Source: a virus. From it: 64,000 nucleotides of DNA. Location of the stretch: positions 1-64,000 of the IMG/VR virus record IMGVR_UViG_3300022226_000003; one strand, written 5' to 3'. The first letter of the stretch is position 1, and the number at the start of each line of letters is the position of its first letter. Shown piece after piece: positions 29,130 to 39,400 of the stretch. The notes beneath the pieces are model-generated. The model did not search any database and was not told where the DNA came from. It worked only from the letters and a program-made list of their open reading frames with translations. The translations under genes were made by a program, and so were the position numbers.

Positions 29130-30332
29130 ATGCCATTACGTATTAATGTTGCAGGTGCTACTGAATTTGCGCTACAAGAAGCAATTGGTGCTTATTCAGA
29201 TGAAGCCTACACCAATGCCAAAAAACTTTCAAGTACAGGTATTGTAGGCGGAAACCCACAAATCGATACCAGCTCAGAGACCTATATTGGTCAAATGCGT
29301 TGGTTTAAACCCTTAAACCCTACTATCAATACAGCTTCTCTGACAGTAGCTACTGATGGTGCTTTCACCACTTACGGTTCGGAATACCTGAACTACGTCA
29401 AAACTGCTCGTACCCACGGTGCGCAGAAAGTTAACCTGCAAACCCTGGTCACTCAGCAAGATGGTCTTGCTAAGATCAGCCGTGATTTCGGTGAAACCAA
29501 GGCTCAAGATGAGCACAATGCTATCCTTGCTGTTCTGAAAGGTGTTGCTATTGCTGAACTTCTGCATGGTACCGGTGATGCCGGTGGTGGTGCTGGTCTT
29601 GGTGGACAAGGCTGGGATAATGACCCTACTGATCCGCTGTATGGCTTCTACGTGGATCTTGGCGCAAATCCGATTGTCACAGCCCCGGCTGCTGCTAATA
29701 TTGGCGCTCAACGTGCTGCAGGCTTCCTTGATGCTATCGGTATGGCTTACAAAGATTACGAGCCGGAATTCTTCTACCTGATTACTAGCCCTGAAGTTAT
29801 GGCTTCTCTGCGTTCTGCTAATCTTGTAGATGAAACCAAAGTTGTTGACGGTAATATTGTTTTTGACACTATTTTCCAAGGTAAATTCCGTTTAATTCAA
29901 ACTCGTGCAACTCAAAGTTTGACTGCTGCAGAAATTGACAAATTTGATGCCACGAACGTATCTAATCTGGGTGTTGATTTAGTTGGTCAGAAGACCACTT
30001 ATCTTGTACAACCCGGTGCATTGGCGATGGAAGCTCTGCAGATTGCAGAAGATGTTGAATTTGATCGTGATGCTTCTGCTTATGCTGGTGGCGGTACCAC
30101 TGAAATTTGGTATCGTTGGGGCTACGTCGTTCATCCGGGCGGTTACAACTGGACTGGTTCGCAAGATGCTTTCCCGAGTGATGCTCAGTATAAAGAAGTC
30201 ACGAATGATGGCGGTGCGACTACCGCAACTGTTGTGGCAATGCCCGCAGCAACTACGGGTTACACTGGTGTTTGGACAAGGAAGGCTAATTCTGTACTCT
30301 CACTAGGAATTTTACCTGTATTCCACGCTTAA
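29130..30332 (+). CDS. Major capsid protein
   Basis: 400 aa after the scaffold, strong RBS, biased codon usage. DRDASAYAGGGTTEIWYRWGYVVHPGGYNW and W.RK C-terminal pattern. Confidence 0.85.
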   Translation: MPLRINVAGATEFALQEAIGAYSDEAYTNAKKLSSTGIVGGNPQIDTSSETYIGQMRWFKPLNPTINTASLTVATDGAFTTYGSEYLNYVKTARTHGAQKVNLQTLVTQQDGLAKISRDFGETKAQDEHNAILAVLKGVAIAELLHGTGDAGGGAGLGGQGWDNDPTDPLYGFYVDLGANPIVTAPAAANIGAQRAAGFLDAIGMAYKDYEPEFFYLITSPEVMASLRSANLVDETKVVDGNIVFDTIFQGKFRLIQTRATQSLTAAEIDKFDATNVSNLGVDLVGQKTTYLVQPGALAMEALQIAEDVEFDRDASAYAGGGTTEIWYRWGYVVHPGGYNWTGSQDAFPSDAQYKEVTNDGGATTATVVAMPAATTGYTGVWTRKANSVLSLGILPVFHA

Positions 30333-30347
30333 TTTTGGAGTTCACTT

Positions 30348-30830
30348 ATGGCCCTTGTAAAAGGAACAAATTCATATGTAACAGTAGCGGAAGCTGACAG
30401 TTATTTTGCAGATCGTTTGGATGCAACAGCTTGGACAGCTGCCACTGCAGACCAAAAGAGTCAAGCATTGATTACTGCTACTGCTATGTTAGATAATTTG
30501 GACTGGATAGGAGTGGCTGTAAGTGATCTTCAACCTCTAGCGTTTCCTCGAATTGGCATATATTTTGACCCTCGTGTTGGGGCTGATGTAATGTTTGAAG
30601 ACACTGTTGTCCCGATTAGGATCGAGATAGCTGCTTTCGAGTTGGCTCTCCATCTATTAAATAATAGTGGATTGCTGGATGATACAGGGCGTGTTGACTC
30701 TATTGTGGTGGGTTCCATAGAACTCAAAGACATAAAGCCTGCTCAAAAATTACCTCCATTTGTGTTACAGCAGATCAAACCTTTAAGGGTTAGGCCTTCA
30801 GTAACTAATTCATGGTGGAGAGCTAATTAA
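30348..30830 (+). CDS. Head-tail adaptor (DnaT-like family)
   Basis: NSYVTVAEADSYF, ALITAT..LD, QPLAFPR and VP.RI..A..ELA motifs. Confidence 0.8.
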   Translation: MALVKGTNSYVTVAEADSYFADRLDATAWTAATADQKSQALITATAMLDNLDWIGVAVSDLQPLAFPRIGIYFDPRVGADVMFEDTVVPIRIEIAAFELALHLLNNSGLLDDTGRVDSIVVGSIELKDIKPAQKLPPFVLQQIKPLRVRPSVTNSWWRAN

Positions 30831-31189
30831 TGAGTTATGTAAATCTGGTTAATAAAAGTTTGACTGTTGCATTTAATTCAGTCAAAGATTTAGCGACAGA
30901 TATTACTTTCACGAAAAAGGCTGTTACTGGTTATGATTTTTCAACAAAACTTAATACTGCAAATGCACCCACTGCTTTAAATATTAAGGGAGTGGTACTG
31001 GATTCTAAAAAAGGTAAATTAAATAGTGATCGAAATTCACAATTAAAAGAGATAATGTTAAAGCGTCAAGATATTGGTGATATTACTTTTTATGATTCAG
31101 TCAGTATTGCAGGACAAGATTGGCGACTAGGCTCAACTATTGCAGATAATGGTTATATTGTGATGGTTGAGGCTTATAGAGAAATATAA
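30830..31189 (+). CDS. Head closure/stopper protein
   Basis: Position and size (119 aa), beta-rich. Confidence 0.55.
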   Translation: MSYVNLVNKSLTVAFNSVKDLATDITFTKKAVTGYDFSTKLNTANAPTALNIKGVVLDSKKGKLNSDRNSQLKEIMLKRQDIGDITFYDSVSIAGQDWRLGSTIADNGYIVMVEAYREI

Positions 31190-31596
31190 TGGGTAAATAT
31201 ATTGATATTCAAAATGATATATTTTCAGTATTTGCTTCCGCTGGTTGGTTAGCCGAAGCGATCCCCACATATCCTCAAAATCATATTCCTATAAATCCGG
31301 GAACGGAATTTATAAGAGTTTCTATAGTACCCTCAAGCTTTTTGTCAACATTGGATTCCTTATCAGGTCAATTAATTATAGATATATTTACTGTCGCTGG
31401 AGAAGGCCCTTCGAGACCTTTCGAGATCGCTGACATTCTAGACCAGTACCTAACAGGCAAATATTTAGAAACTAGTGGCAATGGTGCTACTCAATTTTTA
31501 AATAGCGCTATGGGTAGTGGTTCCTTAGATGCGGATAACCCAGGGTTATACCGATCTATGTACACAATTTCTTTTAATTATACTGGAGTACAATAA
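31189..31596 (+). CDS. Tail terminator protein
   Basis: GQLIIDIF...GEG......IAD.L pattern. Immediately before the tail tube gene. Confidence 0.7.
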   Translation: MGKYIDIQNDIFSVFASAGWLAEAIPTYPQNHIPINPGTEFIRVSIVPSSFLSTLDSLSGQLIIDIFTVAGEGPSRPFEIADILDQYLTGKYLETSGNGATQFLNSAMGSGSLDADNPGLYRSMYTISFNYTGVQ

Positions 31597-32177
31597 TGGC
31601 TCAAATTTCTTCAATTGGTGCAGGTCTATTTTCCGATCTGTCTGTTTGTGTAGATGCTACTGATAATGGGGTCGCTATTGCGACACCCAATGAAGCTAAC
31701 TTTAAATTATGTTTTGCTAATGAGTTAGCTAACGGTGCAGCTCCTACAGTTGCTACTGGTGAATTTATTCGTATCACTAATATTCGCGAATTTCCGGCAA
31801 TCGGAACTCCGCCTAATATCGTAAACGTGCCTGTATATGGTCAGTTGACTTCGCAGCAAATTCAAGGTCAAGCTGACGCACCTTCTCTAGAATTATCTAT
31901 TAACTATGTTGGTGATGCATGGCAAGATACTGCTAACTATCTTGGTAGCTTTGTGGGTGATGGTATTCAACGTGTATTCCGCTTCGCTCTGTTGAACTCT
32001 GAACCTACTGGTGGTTATGCTTCGGTTGTAGGTCAGATCGGTACTGTTGAGAACAGTCAGTATTTCTGGTTCGGAAAAATTGAGGCTTTTCAGGTTACCC
32101 CTCAGTTAACTGATGCCAACACTGCGACCGTAACAATGACAATCCAGTCGAATATTTACGGTGCTTTCACTGATTAA
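31596..32177 (+). CDS. Major tail (tube) protein
   Basis: IREFPAIG...NIVNVPVYG...SQQIQGQADAP.LEL.INY pattern. Biased codon usage. Confidence 0.8.
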   Translation: MAQISSIGAGLFSDLSVCVDATDNGVAIATPNEANFKLCFANELANGAAPTVATGEFIRITNIREFPAIGTPPNIVNVPVYGQLTSQQIQGQADAPSLELSINYVGDAWQDTANYLGSFVGDGIQRVFRFALLNSEPTGGYASVVGQIGTVENSQYFWFGKIEAFQVTPQLTDANTATVTMTIQSNIYGAFTD

Positions 32178-32184
32178 TTTATAT

Positions 32185-32208
32185 GGGGCTTCTTAATGAA
32201 GCCCCTTT
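32185..32208 (+). terminator. Hairpin / weak intrinsic terminator after the tail tube gene
   Basis: GGGGCTTC-TTAAT-GAAGCCCC-TTT. Confidence 0.6.
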
Positions 32209-32225
32209 CCATCAAAGAAGATACA

Positions 32226-32462
32226 ATGAATGAAGAAGATTCGAAACCTTTCAGTATGGGGTATGTCCTTCGAACTACTGCAAAACATATGCGCAAAAGT
32301 ATTGACATCAGTATTCGCAAAACATTTGACAGAGTTCAGGAGTTTGCGGAGGATCGTTCCAAATCTGAAGAGGTATTTAAAACCCTGTCTCATTTACATC
32401 AAATGAGGAAACAATTAGATGAATTCCAATATCAATATTCCGACGATTTCAAAGGAGAATAG
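32226..32462 (+). CDS. Hypothetical protein
   Basis: Second ATG (32226), downstream of the hairpin, is the more plausible start. Helical protein. Confidence 0.55.
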   Translation: MNEEDSKPFSMGYVLRTTAKHMRKSIDISIRKTFDRVQEFAEDRSKSEEVFKTLSHLHQMRKQLDEFQYQYSDDFKGE

Positions 32463-32463
32463 T

Positions 32464-32784
32464 ATGTCCGAAGTTAGTGGACTTAAAAGTGTTGTAGGTA
32501 CTAAGCAAACTAAAGAATATAAATTTATGGGAACTAAGTTAATTCTCACTAAATTGACAGTTTCTCAAGTACTGGAGATACAAGAGTTAAGTAAGATTTC
32601 TGAGAAAGAAGATCTCAAAGAAAGAGATGCTTTTGATTCGATTAAGACTGTTATTAGAATGTCAGTTCAAGATTCAGATGATATGGAAGATGATGACTTC
32701 AATGAACTACCGTTAGATGAGTTGATTAAACTCTCTCAGGAAATTATGAGGTTCTCAGGTATTGCTGATACTGAGGGAAAGTAG
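32464..32784 (+). CDS. Tail assembly chaperone (gpG-like)
   Basis: RBS AGGAG, ATG 32464. Acidic. Ends in the slippery sequence G GGA AAG TAG. Confidence 0.8.
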   Translation: MSEVSGLKSVVGTKQTKEYKFMGTKLILTKLTVSQVLEIQELSKISEKEDLKERDAFDSIKTVIRMSVQDSDDMEDDDFNELPLDELIKLSQEIMRFSGIADTEGK

Positions 32785-33140
32785 TACTCTCTGATCAAGA
32801 ATTAGTTATCTACGAAGTAGCTTTTTGTTTAAATAAATTTGCTTATGAAGTATATGAGATACCTTATGAGGAGCTTTTGAAATGGATAGATTTCTTTGAA
32901 AAGCGGCCCCTTGGTTGGAGAGACGATGACAGAGCATATAAGTTACTATCAGCTTGGGGTGTTAAAGCTGATCCTTGGGAGGTATTCGAAAGTCTCGGTA
33001 AGTTAAAAAGATCTAGTGAAAATGATAAGAGCCTAAATGATAGGAATAATAGTGAGTTATATATTACAACAGATTCTTTTAAAAATTCTATACTTTTCCA
33101 AAAACTAAAGAAAGCAAAAGGAGGTTCGAAAATTGCGTAA
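32775..33140 (+). CDS. -1 frameshift extension of the tail chaperone (gpGT-like)
   Basis: GGGAAAG at 32775-32781. The -1 frame is open (GKVVLSDQELVIYEVAF...) and continuous with ORF 32877..33140. Confidence 0.8.
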   Translation, partial: GKVVLSDQELVIYEVAFCLNKFAYEVYEIPYEELLKWIDFFEKRPLGWRDDDRAYKLLSAWGVKADPWEVFESLGKLKRSSENDKSLNDRNNSELYITTDSFKNSILFQKLKKAKGGSKIA

Positions 33141-33441
33141 AGTTACAGGTGTAAAGCAGACACTCAATGCTATGAACCTTCAGTATCAAAAAGAATCTGC
33201 TCTTGGTCAAAGACGTGTAAAAGATAAATTGTTAGAGAATATTAAAAACTTGACACCAGTTGATACTGGTAAAGCCAGAGATGGTTGGTATCAAACGAAA
33301 AATTCTATAGAAAATGATGTAGAGTATGTTAATACATTGAATAGTGGCTCTAGCAAAAGAGAGCCATTACATTTTATAGAAGAAGCCGTGCTTAGTACTC
33401 GTGGTATAAAAGTAAGAGGTACTATTGTTTTCCCAAAATAA
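33133..33441 (+). CDS. HK97 gp10-like tail completion/neck protein
   Basis: TPVDTGKARDGW, NDVEY...LN.GSS motifs. Confidence 0.75.
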   Translation: MRKVTGVKQTLNAMNLQYQKESALGQRRVKDKLLENIKNLTPVDTGKARDGWYQTKNSIENDVEYVNTLNSGSSKREPLHFIEEAVLSTRGIKVRGTIVFPK

Positions 33442-33457
33442 CAGAGGTTTTAGCTAA

Positions 33458-36400
33458 ATGACGGTAAGAATACCTGTTGAAGCCGAAACCCGAAGAGCTG
33501 AACAAAATTTAGCTAAAGTCACAAACTCTGTGAAGAGTTTAGAAACTACAGCTAACAATACTGCAAGAAATATACGAAGAGCTTTTATCGGTATTGGTGC
33601 TGTAATAACTGCAAATTTCTCAATTAGTTCTATTGGTAGGATTTCTACCGAATTTACTAATTTACAAAATAGGATTGCAATAGTTACAGGTAGGACAAAA
33701 GAGCTAGGTAAAGCGCAAAGAGAGCTACTTCGTATATCTGAAAGAACACGTTTAAATCTTAATAGTACCACTGAAACTTTCGGAATACTAGGTAGATCAG
33801 GTAGACAGTTTGGTGCTCAAACTAAAGATGTTCTTACTGTAACTGAAAATATAGCGAAAGCTATTGCTGTCTCTGGGCAATCTGCTGAGTCTGCACGTTC
33901 AGCTATTATCCAATTAGGCCAGGGCTTAGGTGCTGGGACATTAAGGGGCCAAGAGCTTCTGGCTGTTCTGGAACAAGCAACACCTGTCGCTGAAGCTATT
34001 GCACGTGGGCTTGATGTTCCACTTGGTAAATTAAAAGAGCTTGGTGAACAGGGTCAGCTGACTTCTGAGCAAGTATTTGAAGCATTGCTTAGCCAAACCA
34101 AACAAATTGATAGAGAATTCCAGAACGTAAACCCCACAATTGAACAGTCTAAAAACCTGTTGATTGATGGGGTTAAAATTTACGTAGACCAGCTAGACAA
34201 AGGGTTGGGATTATCTGCTAGAGTGGGCCAAAATCTATTAGAATGGTCTAAATCTGTACGTGCTGCTTCTGAAAATGCATTCGAATTAGGCACAAGAATT
34301 GCATTCTCTTTTAATATAATCAAGCGTGATGTAAAGAATGTAATAAGTCCTTTTGTAAGAATAATAAAAGATTTAGGGATCCAATTCTTAAATATTATAC
34401 CTAAAGGCTTTTTAACAATTACTTTAGAAGGTCAAATAAATGAGTCTATACGAGCATTCGATAGATTATTAGGTGGCCCGATTGCTGCATTTAAACGATT
34501 TAAATTTATAGATGTTATTCGCATTGAAAGTGATGTTGAACTTGCCATACGTAATTTAAGAAGATTAAGTCCAAAGTATTGGGCAGCTGCGGGCTTTGAT
34601 GTTCCGACAATTAGGCAGCTATTTAGTAGGGATAACTTTGAACTATATATTAATGGTTTTAGAAGATTAGCTGATGCTGTTGAGAGCAATACTAAATCCA
34701 TTGCAAGCACAATTCGTCAATTCGTTATTGATGTAAGATTTGGTACACTTGCTGCATTGAGATTTTTAGGCTTACTGCCTGATACTCTGCTAGTATTTAA
34801 AGTAGGAAATTTAAAGAGTTTTTCTAAAACAATTATTGAAATTCTAAGAGGAGTTAGTAATACCTCGTTAGAATTTTTCAGAATTGGGCGGATCATCGAT
34901 GAGGTATTGTTTCCTAATCTATTAGATGTATTTGATGTCCTCGCTGATATAATTCGTAAATTTTATAACTCTTTGAATGAATCCTCAATTCTGAGTTCAG
35001 TCAAAGGGCTTTTTGCTAGTTTCGGTCAATTTATTATAAATATATTTAAAAATATTTATGATAAAATTATTGGAAATTCATATTGGACAGATACGGTAGA
35101 AGGATTACCTAAATTAGCTAAAGAAAATATAGATAAAGCTCTTAAGGCATTCAATAATTTTGGCAAGCGGCTCACAGCACTTTTCAAAAATATTGCAAGA
35201 GCAGTCTCCGAGAATTGGAAAAATGTTGTTGTTTTATTCTTAGTAAGTGCTGTTGCTATAGGGCCGTTAATATTAGATGCTATTGGCTATTGGGTAAATT
35301 TTGTAAGTAGGGCTGTTGCCTTGGGCCTTGAATCACTAGCTGTGGTAATCCTTTCAGGATTGATTAAACTGCCTGATGATTTGCCAGATGTTGTAACTAA
35401 TGTAATAGAGAAATTAGGCGGGAGTATTGCAACAGCCTTAATAGTTACAGCTCAAGGTTTTAGGGCATATGGTTTTATTATAAAGAAAGTATTCAATATA
35501 CTGTCTAATATTTTGTTATTTATAGAAATTCGTATAATTCTTGTCCTTAATAAAATAGCGAAGAAGATAGCTTCTTTTATAAAGAGTATCTCATTAGATG
35601 ATATTAAGGATCTTTTCAAAGAATTACCTGAATTGGTATCAAATGGTTTATCTAAAGCTACTGATAGTATCAAAAGTTTTGGATTGAAAACAATAGATGT
35701 TTTTAGAAATATTTACGACAAAGTTATTGGTAACTCATATTGGACAGATACAATAGAGAGTATTGTGAATTCTTCCAATACATTGTGGAATAGAGTTAGT
35801 AAGGGCTTACTCATATTTAAAGAAAATGTAACAAATATTTTTAGAGATATCTTTAATACCCGCAAAGAAGATCGCCTTAGTAAGATTCTAGATACTGGTC
35901 GTGATCTTATTCCAGGGCTTCAGCCGAAAGGTTTTGCTTCAGGTTTTATTGAAGAAATACAAGAAGTTTTTGCTTATATACAAGAGAAATTTCCTTTTGT
36001 TGTTACTGGTGCTTTCATCGGTATAGGTGGGCTTATCGCATCTCTGTTATTCCCTGCAGGCAGCATAAAAACAGCAATACTTACAGGTGTAACACTTTCT
36101 TTAATAAAAGTTGGAACTATACTAACTGAAAAATTGTCAAATAGTGTCTTAGATGCGAGTATTGTCAATCAATTGGCATTAAATGCTGGTGAGGCTGTCG
36201 GTGTCTTCTTCGCTTCCATCATAAGAGATTTGCCTAGCACATTGAGTATAGTATTTGGTGCAATTTCGAATTTCTTTAGAGGTGTCATTGAACAAATACC
36301 CTTGCTGGGAACTGCATTAAAAGGCGTATTTAATATTGCAGATGTTGCAGGCCTTGCCGGAGCTTTAGGTTTATTTGGAGTATTCTTATTTGGGAAATAC

Positions 36401-39400
36401 ACGATAGGTACAATCAGCAAAATAGCCAAGGCTCCTCTAGCCACAATTACCCGTCTATTTGTTGCTTCAAAAGCTGCCATCCTGGGGCAAAGCAGCGGTA
36501 TCCTTTCTCAGTATGTATTTGGACCGCTAGGCCCCACACGCTCATTGGCATTAATAGGAATTGCTTTAGATCAATTAGGATTGTTTGAATCACTCTTCAG
36601 AGACTCAGCGCTAACTCAGACTGTTATTGAGGGAGGTCTGCTGTATTTACTGGTCACTGGCGGTAAGGGTGTTTCCACAATCGCAGATTTCATTGGCAAG
36701 AAAGTAATATTTCCATTAGGCAGTAAGCTAGCAATTCTAGCTGCTAAAACAAAGGTAGGTACAACGCTGTTTGATATCTTCTTTGGTGTCACCGGTAATT
36801 TTGGAGATAGAGCAGTTTCTGCAGTCAGGAAAGTTATTGGTAGCGTAAGCGACAAGATCACCACACTGGGTGCTAAAGGTGTTCAATTTGCCGTGCCTTT
36901 CATAAGTAGATTTTTATTTGGCAGAGAACCCGGAGCTACGAAAGACCGTGCAAAGAATGAGTTAGGATTAGTATTTGATGTAATTAGAGATAGCCTTGCA
37001 GGTTTCATTAGACGAGTTCGCCAAACGAATATTGCAGAGGCGATTTTTAGTTTTGGAAATCCTGCACAAATCTTTGACCCGATTAAAAGAGGTTTAATAA
37101 GTTTCTCTACTTTCTTTACAAATACGCTAGGTAAAATGCGTAAGGCCTCGTTACTTTTTGCAGGTCCTGATGGTATTGTAGGTAAGGCCATCTTCGGCAA
37201 AGCCGGTAAAGCTGCGTTAATTACTGGCATCATAGCTACTCTTGCAATATTCAGTTCGAGTGTAAAAGCTGCAAGTGATGAAGTTCCTTCGGATGGAGAG
37301 AAAGGAGGTTTCTTTTCTGGAATCTTTGACAGTCTCGCAAAGTTGGCAAATGAGAACCCTCTGACAGCAACACTCATACCTGCAACAATTATTGCATTAA
37401 TTGCTTTTAGACGACAAGTTTTGAGACTTATACTGAGCGCATTCCCCTCTAATGCATTAAAAGGTTTTGAAACATCTTCTTTGAAAAGTATTAAGAATGT
37501 TGGTAAAATCTTTAGGAGTGTTATTGGTGGATTAGTTGGCACATTCGTCGGTGCTGAGTTAGGTAGAAGAATTGGACCTGAGTTTGAAATTATTGGCGCA
37601 ATTGCTGGAGCTGCTCTCGGTGAAGGTATCTTTAGAGGCTTAGGGAGAGCACTGGCCAGCAGTTTTGTTGTCAGAATCGGTGGCGCAATTTTAGCGGCAA
37701 TTCTGTCAGTAAAAGCTGCAATAGTAGCTGCAATAGCCTCGCTTGTTGCTGTCACTGGAGGACTTTTATATGTATTGTTCTTTGGGGAGACTGGTAATTT
37801 TTCCAAAGACTTAGATTCAGCAATAAATAAAATCAAGAACTTCTTTGGTTTCGGCAAAGATGCTTCCAAGGAAATTTCAACAGGAATCTCAGAAGCTGCT
37901 GAAGCTTTTGCAAATTTTGAAAGAATACGATTTAATTTTTCATTGGAAGGTATTGATCCCGAGCAAATAAGTGAAAGAGAGCAAGGTAAGCTAGATTCCC
38001 GAATTGCTGAATTAAACGAAACTATCTTACGAGCAAGGGATGAGCAAGAAGAGACCGGTAAAATATCAACTGAGACATTAAATGCAATTAATGCTCTAGA
38101 TAGAGGCTTGACAAGATTTACAGACAAACTTAAAGAACGTAGTGAAATTGATTTTGAAGGTACTACCAATCTCTTTAAAAAGTTCGAAGAATTCGAGCCA
38201 GTAAAATTTGGTGAGAAAATTGTAGTTGGTCTGAGGCAAAGTTTCCTAGATTTCTCTTTCTTCTTGAAAGAGATTTCTTTAAAGATAAAAGGATTCTTTG
38301 GCTCTGAAACTGCTGACAGTGAGTTAGAAGATCTAACCAAATTAAAGGATACACTTTTCAGTGCTACATTTAGAAATATCAGTCCCGGTGTTAAAGAAAT
38401 AATAAAATTGCGAGAAGACCTGAACAACACGAAAGGTCTAGACGCAGATATTGTAGAAAGAATAAATAACGGTACAAAAGACTTATTAAATGTTCTTGAG
38501 ATAATTCAAAGAGAGTCTAATTTTCTAGGATTTGAAACACCATTAGAAGAAGATAATAAGTTTCTGGTATTAAGAGAGGTTCTTGTAAAGAGACTCAAAA
38601 AGACTTTAGAGGAAGCTCTTGTTGCTCAACAAAGATTAGTTGATGTTAAAGAGTTTAGAAACACTCTAACGCAAATCTCTCGTGGATTAAACGAAGTAGG
38701 TGTCAGTTTTGATGCGTCAAAATTATTCTTAGATGAAACTGATTTTAATACACTCATAGATTTAGCTGGCAATGCAGCGACAATTGCTGCAGAGAGACTC
38801 AAAGGTGTTGCAAACACTGACGAATTAACACAGTTAAATTTAAGATCATTAGATATTCAAAGAGAAGCTGAGAAACTTATACAAAGAGGTGAAACAGCAA
38901 GTTTAAAGGTTCAAGCCGCAGCTGCAGTGCTTCTATCAAAAATAGGTGAAGATACTTTCTCAGAAAATACAATTGAAAAATTAAGCAAAGACACCGCGAA
39001 TAAAATAGTTGATTTAGTAGAAAAGATTCAAGGTAAAGAGCAGCAAATTAAACTAGAGGTAGAATTAGATACTGATCTTGCTAAATTCCAGATACGAAGA
39101 TTAACCAATGAGGTTGCAAATCTTAGAACCCAGATCAGTAACATTGTCTTAGAAGAAGGCGGATTTGATGCTCTAAATGAATTTGCTGATAAATTCGGTA
39201 TAGATTTTAATAATGCACTAAGGCAATTTGACTTAAGTTTCATATTATCTGAATTTGATAGATTGCAAAATATTCTGAAAAGAATTAGAGTTGTAAAAGA
39301 TAAAGATCCTAAGCAGGCAGCTTTACTTAGGAAAGAATTTGATCTTCTTGTTGCTAATCTAAATATAGCCGATAAAACAATTAATGAAATTCTCTCAGAT

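Noticed and set aside
36883-38430. 515-aa minus-strand ORF
   Set aside because: Antisense shadow of the tape measure gene. S/L/I-rich with no motifs, and all credible genes are on the + strand.
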